Origin: Dictyostelium discoideum
Taxonomy: Eukaryota
Reading direction: 5' to 3'
Length of the DNA: 64,000 bases
NCBI GenBank assembly: GCA_000004695.1
Contig: CM000152.2
Location: 4,736,001-4,800,000, forward strand
Shown here piece after piece: positions 1-10,827 of this stretch (position 1 is its first letter; the number at the start of each line of letters is the position of its first letter). Below the pieces are notes generated by a model. That model did not search any database. It worked only from the letters and a program-made list of their open reading frames with translations, and was not told the DNA's origin. The position numbers and the translations under genes are program-made.

Positions 1-11
1 AAAAAAGAAAA

Positions 12-52
<41 letters not shown>

Positions 53-920
53 GAATAATAATAAGAATGGAAAAGAAGAAGAAATAGAAGAAGAAAGTAC
101 CACTTATGATGGTTATGGTTATAATTCTGATAATTCTTATGATTCTGACGATTATGATGATTATGATAATTATGATAATTATGATGATTATGGTGATTCT
201 GATGATTCTGATGATTATCTTAATTTTGCTCATGATGATGATTCTAATTATGAAAATGACAATGAAGATGAAGATCATCCTCAAGATTATAGCAATATGG
301 CAATTACAACAGCAGCAACAGTAACTGCAACAGCGACAACAACAACAGCACCAACAACAACAACAGCAACAACAGCAACAACAACAGCACCAACAGCAAC
401 AACAACGACAACTGATAATGGTAAAAGTGATAATGGTAAAGAAGATGATGATGATGGAATAATTATGATTATTTTAAATCAATCACAATTAATTGATATT
501 TTATATAATTCTAATCGTTTAGATGATATATTTAAATTCAAACGTGATTATAAATTTTCAAATAGAAATTTTTTTAGAAAGGTTGGACCACATATTCCAT
601 TATCATTGGTTGAAATTTTATTAAAAAATTCAAATTTTATCAAAATTGGTATTGATATTCAAGAATTTTTAAATTATTTAGTTTTAATTGGTAACCTTCC
701 AATTATTAAATATTTAAATTTAAATTTTAGTCATTTCTTCACAAAAAACCAAAGAACAAAGGATTTAAAGAGTTTACTTTCAACTGCCATTCGTTATGAT
801 TACCCTCAAATCGCTGAAATTCTTTTTGTTTATATAAAATTAACAAGATATGAATTCAGAAAAGAAGTTCAAACTGATTTCTCATTAGTAGATTCACTCT
901 ACTATAATAATTTGTGGTAA
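1..920 (+). CDS. 3' part of a gene that starts upstream of the window (stop at 918-920). It has a poly-Asn and Asp/Tyr-rich acidic region, a Thr/Ala-rich linker, and a conserved about 150-aa C-terminal domain.
   Basis: Frame 0 (codons at 3,6,...) is open from nt 3 to the TAA at 918. The listed ORFs 106..324 and 297..920 are pieces of or shifted from this frame. The C-terminal segment (LIDILYNSNRLDDIFK...GPHIPLSLVEILL...IKYLNLNFSHFF...YPQIAEILFVYIKLTRYEF) is clearly paralogous to the C-terminus of the 6882..9746 protein (LIQILYNSNRLDDIFK...GPHISLPFVEKLL...IKYLNLNHSHFF...HVQIAEILFVYTNLTKGEF). Confidence 0.6.
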
Positions 921-931
921 TGAATAGAATA

Positions 932-970
<39 letters not shown>

Positions 971-1134
971 AATAGAAATAAAATAAAATAAAAAGAAAAA
1001 GAAAAAAAATAAAATGTTTGTTAAAAAAGATATTTTATTTTTATTTTTTTATACAAAAATAATTGAAATTAATGACAATGATAATATCATTAATTTGCAA
1101 ATTTGTTGAAATTTTTGAGATGCAAGAGAAGTTG

Positions 1135-2530
1135 TGGTTGAATGTGAAGTTTATGATGTTGATGATGTTGAGGATGTTGAAGAAGTGGTATAATCACCAG
1201 TTGAATAACCTGAAGAGGAATAATCACCAGTTAATGTAGAATCGGAACCACAAAATGTATTATCATTATTTTTAGCATAACAATGGTCACAATATACAAC
1301 AAATGATGTATTAAAATTAAAATTCTCTTTTTCAAAGTCATCTCTGAATTATCACAAACAATTCCATTTTCAATGTTTTCAAAATTAATATTATTAATAT
1401 AAACTGTTGAATAATAAGCTTGAATAAATGCTGCACCATTATTTGCTTTTGGTTGTTTATAGGCAGTACCAATACTTGAATTGGTAATAGTGAGATTTGC
1501 AATAAACACATAAATGGCACCACCACCTAACAAAGCATTATAATTTATAAAAATTGAATTTTCAATCAATATTGGTAATTATAAAGCACCGATAGCACCA
1601 CCATTGGATTTAGCACTATTTCCAATAAAAATACAACCGATTACATTGCTTGAAGTTGAAATTTGATCTTGACTTGAGTATGAAACGAATAAAACACCAT
1701 TGACATTAGTATTATTAAAGAATTGACAGTTTTCAATATTAAATGAGTATTGTTTTGGAAGTGAGCTGTCAAATTTTAACACAGATGAAGAGTTTAAACC
1801 AATGTTTTCGGTGAATGAAGAATTTGTTAAATAAACTGTTGAATCTGTTGAAAAGACAATATCTCTTAAATTGGAATTTCCAATAAATGAACTGTTATTA
1901 ATAGAAACATAACCTTGACTGGATAATATAATCTCTTCAATATTTGAAACGTTTGAAACTTGAGTATTTTCAAATACAATAGATGTTTTTACAAAGTTGA
2001 TTAATGGAGTTTCAAATCTTACAGAAGCGTTTAAAATTGATGAATTTGAAATTATAATATTTGTGGTTATTGATGTTGATGTTGATGATGGCGGTGATAA
2101 ATAAACACCAGCTTCAATCATTGAACTAGAGGCTGAGCTGAATTATCAAATGTACTTTGATCAAATGTAAAGTATGAATTTGAGTAACCATCGACACTTA
2201 GTATTGATTGATTGAATAAATTAAAATATATTCCAGTAATTGTTACAGAGGATTGGATAATAAGATCTTGACTACTTTAACTACCTTCACTTGGTGTGGC
2301 AATTGAAAATAATGGAGAACCTTGACCAACAAAAGATACACCACCATTAGAGCTATTTAATGGAGAGATAACTATATCAAATTCATATAAATTTACAGAG
2401 TTTTCCACGGCTGGATATATCCCATCTACCAATTTTAAATTTAATTTTTGGTACATTGAAGCAATGGTTAAAGTTGGATTTTGAACTGTTGCAATTGTTT
2501 TAAAATACTCTATAGCATCATTAATTATTT
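1135..2530 (-). pseudogene. Pseudogene or fragment of a secreted beta-helix protein with Chlamydia polymorphic-membrane-protein-like repeats (GGAI motifs).
   Basis: The minus-strand translation has repeated motifs (IGNSAKSNGGAIGAL, GGGAIYVFIANLTITNSSIG, FENTQVSNVSN, INNSSFIGNSNL) typical of the PMP / pectin-lyase-like repeat family known in Dictyostelium. Coding continuity is broken by an in-frame TAA near 2276-2278 and by frame changes near 2122-2130 and 1570-1578. There is no Met or signal peptide at the 5' end, which is a TAG just upstream near 2556. The last part runs in another frame (…GSDSTLTGDYSSSGYSTGDY…TSSTS*) and ends near 1135. No intron-like A/T-rich GT..AG segments sit at the breaks. 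Confidence 0.5.
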
Positions 2531-2820
2531 TTTTTAAAAAAAAAATAAAAAAAAACTAAATTATCGTTTTTAAAACTCGCTCCAATGCCATTTTATTTTA
2601 ATTTTATTGCATTTTATTTTTTTATTATATTTTTAAAATAATTTTATATTTTCCGTGCTTACGTTATTTCCATTTTAAAATAAGTTTTACTAAGGAAAAA
2701 AAAAAAAAAAAAAACTCAATAGTGACACCAGTCACAAAAAAAAAAAAAAAATCTTTAAATAAATGATATTGAAAATGAATTATATAATAGAATTGAAAGA
2801 TATTATAATATTAAAATTAA

Positions 2821-3159
2821 ATTAGAACTAAATTCTCTGTAGATATACCAGATTTCGATCATAATTCATTTGTTTATGTTTTCGAAGGTGAAGGTAAATT
2901 CGGTCTAGAAGGATATGAAAAAGTTGTAGCTGATCAACATATTGGTGTTTTAGCGAATAAAGATAGAGTTACAATTAATGATAATGAAATTACACCAAAT
3001 AAATTAGATGCAATCGCAGGTGAAAATGGTGTTAGATTCTTATTTTTATCAGCAAAACCATTACGTGAACCAATTGTCCAACATGGTCCATTCGTTATGA
3101 ATACACAAAAAGAAATTCAACAGGCTTTTTTGATTACCAAATGGGTAGATTTTAATTAA
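2821..3159 (+). pseudogene. Orphan C-terminal fragment of a pirin (cupin-family) gene.
   Basis: Translation …VDIPDFDHNSFVYVFEGEGKFGLEGYEKVVADQHIGVLANKDRVTINDNEITPNKLDAIAGENGVRFLFLSAKPLREPIVQHGPFVMNTQKEIQQAFLITKWVDFN* matches the conserved pirin C-terminus (…FLYVLEG…RFLLIAG.PLREPV.QHGPFVMNT.EEI.QA). No upstream pirin exons lie on this strand. Upstream is the A/T-rich spacer and the minus-strand PMP pseudogene. Confidence 0.6.
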
Positions 3160-3503
3160 TCACCTTTTTTATAAAAAAAAAAAATAATAATAAAGATAAA
3201 AAAAAAAAAATTGTACTATAATTAATGTAAAGTGGTTATTTAATTTAACCCCCAATTAAACATTTATACTGTTGAATTAGAAAATTATAAAATAAAAAAT
3301 AATAAAATAAAATAAATAATAAAATCTTTTAAATTCAATGAAATTAAAACATAAAAAGAAATAATATGATTGTTATATTATTATAAATATATATATGGTT
3401 ATTAAAAAAAAAGTTTTATATTTTTATTTTAGTATTGTTTTTTATGTTTAAAAAAAAAATGTTTAGTGAATCTTTTTTTGATCGATCGAGAAAAAAAAAT
3501 TAA

Positions 3504-4253
3504 TTAAAATGGTAAGTTACCAAGAACTCTTGGTAAATGGACTGATGATTTCAATTTTAATTGTTTAGAATTTGGTTGATTTAAACAAATACTTGGTAAT
3601 TGGAAGTATGCTGAGTCAGCAGATGGGTTGTAATAGTAATAGTTTGTTAATGTATATCCACTTGGCGTATTGTTGATATTTTCAGTTGAGCAAGAGATTA
3701 ATGAACAATCTGATTTATCTACAAGGAGACCGACATTTGAAGAGTTACCTAAATCACCTGGATTTACTGAAAACATATCACATTGAACAGTACCTAATTC
3801 GAAATCACCAACATACTTTAATCCTTCAAGTGATGGAGTAGAGTATGATAATGGTTGTTGGAAACAATAATCAGTACCATTTACATTAACACTAACGTAT
3901 TGTGTACTATTACTACCGAAACCCCAGAGATTACCTTTTGTTTTTGTATTACCATTATCGAATAAAAAGTCAACATACAATTGTTGACCAACCAAATCGA
4001 TATTCATAAAACCAGATTCAAGGAAAGATGATTGTTGAATACCACTTGGAGTTGGATAATTTCCATTAAAACTTAACATAACATATGAACTTGAATAACC
4101 TGTTGGGAGTTGGCCACTTGAAGTAAAACATTGTTGTTGACCTACTTGATTTTCAATTTTTGAGTAATCAATTTTATTTGTACCCATACTAAATGATTTA
4201 CAACAATTTAATGCAACTGTCATTACTAAAATTAAAGATAATAATAATTTCAT
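3504..4253 (-). CDS. Secreted N/S/T/G-rich protein (249 aa) with a cleavable signal peptide and scattered Cys. Function unknown.
   Basis: It is a single minus-strand ORF with an N-terminal MKLLLSLILVMTVALNCC signal-peptide-like segment. Composition is non-low-complexity with many N-x-S/T sequons. A/T-rich flanks sit on both sides. Confidence 0.6.
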   Translation of the reverse strand: MKLLLSLILVMTVALNCCKSFSMGTNKIDYSKIENQVGQQQCFTSSGQLPTGYSSSYVMLSFNGNYPTPSGIQQSSFLESGFMNIDLVGQQLYVDFLFDNGNTKTKGNLWGFGSNSTQYVSVNVNGTDYCFQQPLSYSTPSLEGLKYVGDFELGTVQCDMFSVNPGDLGNSSNVGLLVDKSDCSLISCSTENINNTPSGYTLTNYYYYNPSADSAYFQLPSICLNQPNSKQLKLKSSVHLPRVLGNLPF

Positions 4254-5311
4254 TCTTTAATTTTTTTATTTATATATTTTATTTAATTTTTAAAAATTTT
4301 TATTTGTTTTATTTATTTATTTTAAATTATTTGTTTAATAAAAAAAAAAAAAAAAAAATTATTTATACCAATTTTTTTTTATGGGTATCCGATAACATTT
4401 TAAAAAATAAATTCGAAAATATTAACCAATAAATTATCCTGGAAAATGATATATTTTATTGCCTGGTCATGATGTCAAGAGGACTTGCAAAAATTGATTT
4501 ATTTGAATTATCTCATTTATTTACACAATATCGGATCAAAGTTTTTTCGAATATTTAAATAAAAACCGTAATAGAATTATTTTTTATCAAAGGAATATTT
4601 TTATGGTAAATAAAAAAAATTAAAAAGGAATGTCAGAGAACCTATCTCAGAAAAATGATTTTTTTTATGGATATTTTATAAAAAAAAAAAAATATCTCAA
4701 AATATTTTTTAAAAAAAAAAACCCAGGCAGTGATATCATAATCTTAACAAAAGATAGTTAGCCTGGTACTAAATTTATTGAAAAATAAATAAATAAAAAA
4801 AATAGAATTTTAAATGTTTATAATTATTTATTTGTAGTTGGAGAAAAAAAAAAAAAAAATAAATTAATTTAAATCATCAAAAATGTTTGTCACTCTAAAA
4901 AAATAAATAAATAAGTAAAATATAAAAAAAAAATAAAAAAAAATTAAAAAAATAAAGTTAAAACACCTTCAGTTAATTAATTAATTTTAATAATAATAAT
5001 TAAAAAAAAAAAAGACGAAAAGGACAAAAAAAAAAAAAAAAAAAAAAAATGAAAATATTTGGGTAAAAAAAAAAAAACCCAAAAATAAATTGGAATTCTG
5101 GAATATTTTTTTTTTATTTTTTATTTTATATTATTTTTATTTTTTTTTATAATTAGAATACCAGAACGTACAGGGAATTCATGAATAAGAAAATGATTTT
5201 TTATAAAGACTCATTTTTATTTTTTTTATTCATTTTAAAAAAAAAATAAAAAAAAACAAAACAAATATAAAACAAATATAAAACTAATAAAAATAACTAA
5301 TATTAAATAAA

Positions 5312-5752
5312 ATGTCAAGTGTTTCTAGAAAAGTTTCAAATGTTGCAAAAGGTTATAAAACTAAAGATGGCGCAGGTGTATCACTTTTAAGTGTTATTGG
5401 TGGACCTATCCTATCAAAATCAGTTGATCCATTCTTAATGTTAGATGCATTTAAATCAGAGAATCCAAATGATTATATTGCAGGTTTCCCATCACATCCA
5501 CATAGAGGTCAACAAACTTTAACCTATATGATAGATGGTATAATGGAGCACAAAGATAACAAAGGGAATAAAGGATTACTAAAACCTGGTATGGTTCAAA
5601 TTATGAATGCTGCAAGAGGGTATGTTTTTAATTATAATTGTTAAAAAAAAAAAAATAAAAAAAAAATAAAAATAAATAAATAAATAAAATAAAATAAATA
5701 CTAATAATTTAAAATAATAATATATAGTATTATTCACTCAGAAATGATATAA
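5312..5752 (+). pseudogene. N-terminal part of a pirin gene (exon 1 5312..5619, intron 5620..5727, exon-2 stub 5728..5752), truncated after …GIIHSEMI.
   Basis: Exon 1 encodes MSSVSRKVSNVAKGYKTKDGAGVSLLSVIGGP…DPFLMLDAFKSENPNDYIAGFPSHPHRGQQTLTYMIDGIMEHKDNKGNKGLLKPGMVQIMNAARG, which carries the pirin signature GFP.HPHRG..T.TY…G…H.D..GN.G….G..Q.M.A. The GTATGT donor is at 5620 and the ..atatAG acceptor at 5726-5727. The join gives G-IIHSEM (pirin GIxHSE motif), followed immediately by TAA at 5750-5752. The sequence then switches into the duplicated fragment described below. Confidence 0.6.
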
Positions 5753-5756
5753 AAAG

Positions 5757-6585
5757 AATCAAAACAACAACATGATAATAACCCATTTAATAAAAGCCAA
5801 CCAATAATATTATTAATTAATAATGAAAATGAAAATGAAATTCAGTTTTGGAAAGTTTTTAGAAATAAAATTATATTTAAAAATATATTTTCAAATTTCA
5901 AATATTCAAATCTATTTAATTATTCAAGATTATATTCAGTGTATGATATTATTAATGATTTTAATAATGGTATTGAAATCTTTAGAGATAAAGTGAAATC
6001 AAATAGTTTTTTAACTTTTAATATTGGTACTTGGCCTAATTTTATTGGTTTATCAACTATTTTAGAAAACATTAAAGATGAAAATGAAGAAAATCAATTT
6101 TTTTATATTCAATTAATAAATAATTATTGCAATAAATCAATTCATTTTATGGTTTTTTTCAAATCTATTAATGAATCATCAAATTTATTAGCATTGAATC
6201 ATTTCTTAATAAAAAATTAATTAAACAAAACATTCAACTTTATATTAAAATTAAAAGATTTTCAGATTTTCAATTTTTTGAATTTTTAGTAAATAATCTT
6301 AGTGGTTTAATTACTATTGAATCAATTATTATTGAAAATTTCAATATATTTAAAGAATTAAAATTAGGTCAATTAATTAATATCACTAAAACATTTTATC
6401 GTGATGAAAATTTAGTTAAATTAAAAATAAATATAAAAGTTCAAAATTAATATTGGAAGTTATTAACTATGGTTATCCTGAAATTTCTGAAATTCTTTTA
6501 GTTTATATAAAATTTACAAGTAGTGAATTTAACCAACGAACAGGAAGTCTAAATTCATTATTGAAACCACTAGCTATGGATTAAA
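5757..6585 (+). pseudogene. Degenerate, internally deleted partial duplicate of the downstream gene 6882..9746.
   Basis: Nucleotide-level similarity: 5757-5930 matches about 7190-7370 (…gataataa[t/c]ccatttaataaaag[t/c]caacc…ttttggaaagtttttagaaataaa…). ORF 5939..6220 ([18 protein letters not shown]…[26 protein letters not shown]…ESSNLLALN) matches aa about 170-260 of the 6882 protein. 6290-6400 matches the …FNIFKEFKLGELI… region. 6470-6560 (YGYPEISEILLVYIKFTSSEF) matches the C-terminal YDYPQIAEILFVYIKLT motif. The copy has multiple stops and deletions. Confidence 0.55.
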
Positions 6586-6881
6586 AAAAAAAAAATAAAA
6601 AAAAATAAAAATAAAAAAATAAATAAATTAGTTTTTTTACTATTTTAATAACAAAATATCAAACCTGGCAAAATAAAAATAGAAAAAAAAAAGAAAAAAA
6701 AAAAGATTTTTATTTAAATAAAAAAGAGTATTAAACTAAAATCTGTTTTAATAAGAAAAAATAAAAATATCCAGATTTTTTTTTCTTTTTTTTTTTCAAT
6801 TTTTTTTTTTTTTTCAATTTTTTTTTTTTTTTTTTTTTATTATTTTATACAAACATAACATTTTAAAAATAAAAAAAAAAA

Positions 6882-9739
6882 ATGAAAAAAAGAACTAGAA
6901 ATAATAATCAAGAATTTTATGATGGTAGAATTGAAAATATTAAAAAACCAAAAGAAGACCACATAATTAATAATGATAGTGATACTTTAATAGATGATGA
7001 AAATAATAATATTAAAAATTATGAAAATGAATTTAAATTATTTAAATTAATGAATAAAGAAAAGTTAGTAATTAAAAAATTACAAACGATTGCAAAAGAT
7101 AATGGATTACCATTCAGTGGTAATGAGAATGAATTGTATAATAGAATTGAACAATATTATAATATTAAAATTAATTCAGAAAAAGAAGTTAAGCAACAAC
7201 AAGATAATAATCCATTTAATAAAAGTCAACCAATATTATTAATTAAAAATGAGAATGAAATTGCATTTTGGAAAGTTTTTAGAAATAAATCGTTATTTAA
7301 AATGGTGTTCTCAAATTTCAAATTTTCAAATACATTTAATTATTCAAGATTATATTCAGTTAATAATATATTTAAGAGTTTTAGCAATGGTATTGAAATA
7401 ATTAGAGATAAAGTAAAATCAAATAGTTATTTATCATTTATAGCTATAAATGATAAGGACAATATTCAAAAATTCAATTTTAATGGTTTATCAATTATTT
7501 TTGAAAATATTAAAGATGAAAATGAAGAAAATCAGTTATTCTATAACCAATTTATAACAAACTATTGTAATAGGACAGTTCACTTTTGGAGTTTATTCGA
7601 CCACGTTATTGAATCATCAAATTTATTAGCATTGAAATCGTTGCATGGAAATGGAATGATTAAAGAAAAGGTAAAAGTTGATTTTGAAATTAATAGTTAT
7701 TCAAATTTAAAAATATTAAATTACCTAACAAAGAATTTAAGTAAACTATTTATTATTGAAACTATTCAAGTCAATGATTTTAATATATTTAAAGAATTTA
7801 AATTAGGTGAATTAATTGATTTCACTAGAGCATTACTTGATGATAAAAAATATTACAAATTATTAAAACCATTTAATAATAATAAATCATTTTCAAGAGC
7901 TACAAAAGATATTGATGATGAATTATCTTTATTTTTAGAAAATATTACAAAAAATAAATTAATTTTAAATGAAATTAAAAAATTTAAATTTACAGATAAA
8001 GAATTAAATGAAAATTTATTTAAAGTTTTAAAACCATTAACAAATTGGGATAGACATTTTTCAAAGTTAAATCATAATTATAGTAGTGACATTGATAACA
8101 ATAGTAGTATTAATAATGAAATTGAAAATGAAAAACAAAGATTATCAATAATAAAATTAAAAAATTTAGAATTATTTCAAAAAATAGTAAATAATAATGA
8201 TATTTTAAGTAAAAAATTAAAATTGGTTAGTTATGAAGTACATGAAAGTATTTTTAGTAATATTATGACAATTCAAAATGATCAAATTAAAATTGGAAAA
8301 GAAATGGAAGGTAATTTTATTGAACAGAATCAATTAATTCAAAAAATACAAGAAAAACAATTAAAAAAACAAAAAGAAAAAGAAAATAATACTCTTCAAG
8401 AATGTAAAGATGATGATTTAAATAAAAGAAATACAATTTTCAAATATATTACTATATTTTATGATTTAAATTTAATTAAAAAGAAACCAATTGAATATAG
8501 TTTAGCCTTTTTAAATGAATTTGTAGCTACAAATGAAGAATATTGTTGTTGGGATGATCAATTATTTGAATATGGTATGCCAAAAAATGAAATTTTAGTC
8601 AATGGTGTATTATCATCAAATATTAATAATTCAAAGAAAATTGAAATTGTAATGAATTCTAAATTTTTAATGGAAAATCAATTTAGAAATTTTATTTCAA
8701 CAAATTGTACTCGATCATTAATTAAAAATGTTAAATCCATTGATATGTTAGATTTCCTTTTTAAAAACTTTCAAAATCAAATATTTGCTGAAAATAATAA
8801 TAATTGGCAATATTGTAATAGTGTTGAAATTTTACAACATTATGAAAAATTAATGGAATCATTAGGTAGAAAATTCTCATATTCAGTTAATAACCCAGAA
8901 ATTCAATTCCCATTATTATTAATGGCAATTAATAATCCATTTTTATATGATGATGATGATGATGATATTCAAAAAAAAAAAAGTTTAATACTTAAAAAAA
9001 ATATAAGTTTTAATGATTTTTTATTATTAATAGAATCAAATCGTTTTAAGAAACTTGAAATGCGTAAGTCACTCACAGAATTTAATAATGACTCTATTTT
9101 AATTTCAAGATGGATTTCAGATAATTGTATAACCGGTCTTTCTTCTCTAATTGACCATGGTCGTGGTTTTAATACGTATAGTATTAAAATAGAAATTGAT
9201 GTTCAATTACCAAACTATAAAGGAAATGATGGTGATGGTGGTGATAGTAATGGAAAGGTTAAACTATTATTATACCAAAATCAATTAATTCAAATATTAT
9301 ATAATTCAAATCGTTTAGATGATATTTTTAAAATTAATAGTTTATCTGGTAAAGAGATTATTAATTTTATTAATTTCATTGGACCACATATTTCATTACC
9401 ATTCGTTGAAAAGTTATTACAATATTTAATTGATGTGAATTTAAATTTTGAAATTTATACTTTTTTAAGTGCATTGATTTCAAATGGTAATCTTTTAATA
9501 ATTAAATATTTAAATTTAAATCATAGTCATTTTTTTTCAAAAATTACAAAAGAGACCGAAGGATTTTTAGAACCAAGAGAATTAAAAAATTTACTTTCAT
9601 CTTCTGTTCTTTTTGATCATGTTCAAATAGCTGAAATACTTTTTGTTTATACAAATTTAACAAAAGGTGAATTTGAAAGGTCAACTAAACCTTCATATTC
9701 AATGATAGAATTTCTTTATTCTAATAATTTTAAATTATC

Positions 9740-9746
<7 letters not shown>
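6882..9746 (+). CDS. 954-aa protein with an N-terminal SAP-like motif and the conserved C-terminal domain shared with the gene at 1..920. Function unknown.
   Basis: It is a single long ORF. LVIKKLQTIAKDNGLPFSGNENELYNRIEQYY fits the SAP helix-loop-helix pattern (L..L.V.EL+..a...GL...G.K..L..RL). The C-terminal about 150 aa are paralogous to 1..920. There is an acidic DDDDDD tract and A/T-rich flanks. Confidence 0.7.
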
Positions 9747-9770
<24 letters not shown>

Positions 9771-9943
9771 AAAAAAATAAAAAAAAAAAAAGAGAGATTA
9801 AATTCCAAATATAAAGTCACAAAGTCATTTTACTTTATAAAGATGCACTGGTCAAAAATCCAAAACTCATTTTTTTAAATAATCAACACCTATTTTTTTA
9901 CATTTCTTATTAATTGTTTAAAAAAAAAAAAAAAAATTAAATT

Positions 9944-10000
<57 letters not shown>

Positions 10001-10208
10001 TCAAAAGAGGTCCCCAAAATTTTTTAGATATTTTCAAGGGAACCCTAAATTTGTAATCGTGAAAAATAATATTTAAAAGCTCAAGATATTTTCATTCCAA
10101 GCTTGGTTTTTTTAATTTTTTTTTTTTTTTAATTTTTTAAAAAAAGTTTTTTTTTTTTTTAATTTTTTTTTTTTTCTTAATTTTTTTTTTCAACATCAAC
10201 TAAAAAAC

Positions 10209-10755
10209 ATGAAATTAAAAAACATTTTTTTGTTATTATTTATTTATATATTAGTATCTATTAGTTCACAACAACCGCAGCAGCAGCAGCAACAACAAAA
10301 TTTTATAGAATTATTTAAACCAGTTCAATTGATATACCCAGATTCAAACCACGATAGATTAATAATTAATGAAAGTTCAATTAATCTTTTAAATTCAGTA
10401 TTGAGTGAAGATAGATTATCAGTACTTGGAGTGGTTGGTACATTTCATTCTGGTAAATCATTCTTATTAAATCAACTATTAGGTACAACTGATAGTTTTA
10501 CAGTTGGGCCAACAGTTCATCCACAAACAATTGGTATTTGGATGTGGGCATGTAGAATTAAAGATGATAATGGTAAACAACATAATCTATTATTATTAGA
10601 TACTGAAGGTTTTTATTCAAGTAATGTATCTGAAACTTATGATGCTAAAATATTTGCAATTACAACTTTATTATCTTCTCATTTAATTTATAATTCTGTT
10701 AAAATTATTGATCAATCAGCTTTAGAATATTTAGAGTAAGTTTAATTTATTTAAA

Positions 10756-10827
<72 letters not shown>

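Noticed and set aside
106-324. ORF MMVMVIILIILMIL… at the window start.
   Set aside because: It is the +1 frame of the Asp/Tyr-rich partial CDS (frame 0 reads YDGYGYNSDNSYDSDDYDDYD…), which continues uninterrupted to 920.
4440-4800. gcctgg…/cccaggc… motifs that looked like possible terminal inverted repeats of a small DNA transposon.
   Set aside because: The shared matches are 6-7 bp only. Their orientation and order are inconsistent with TIRs.
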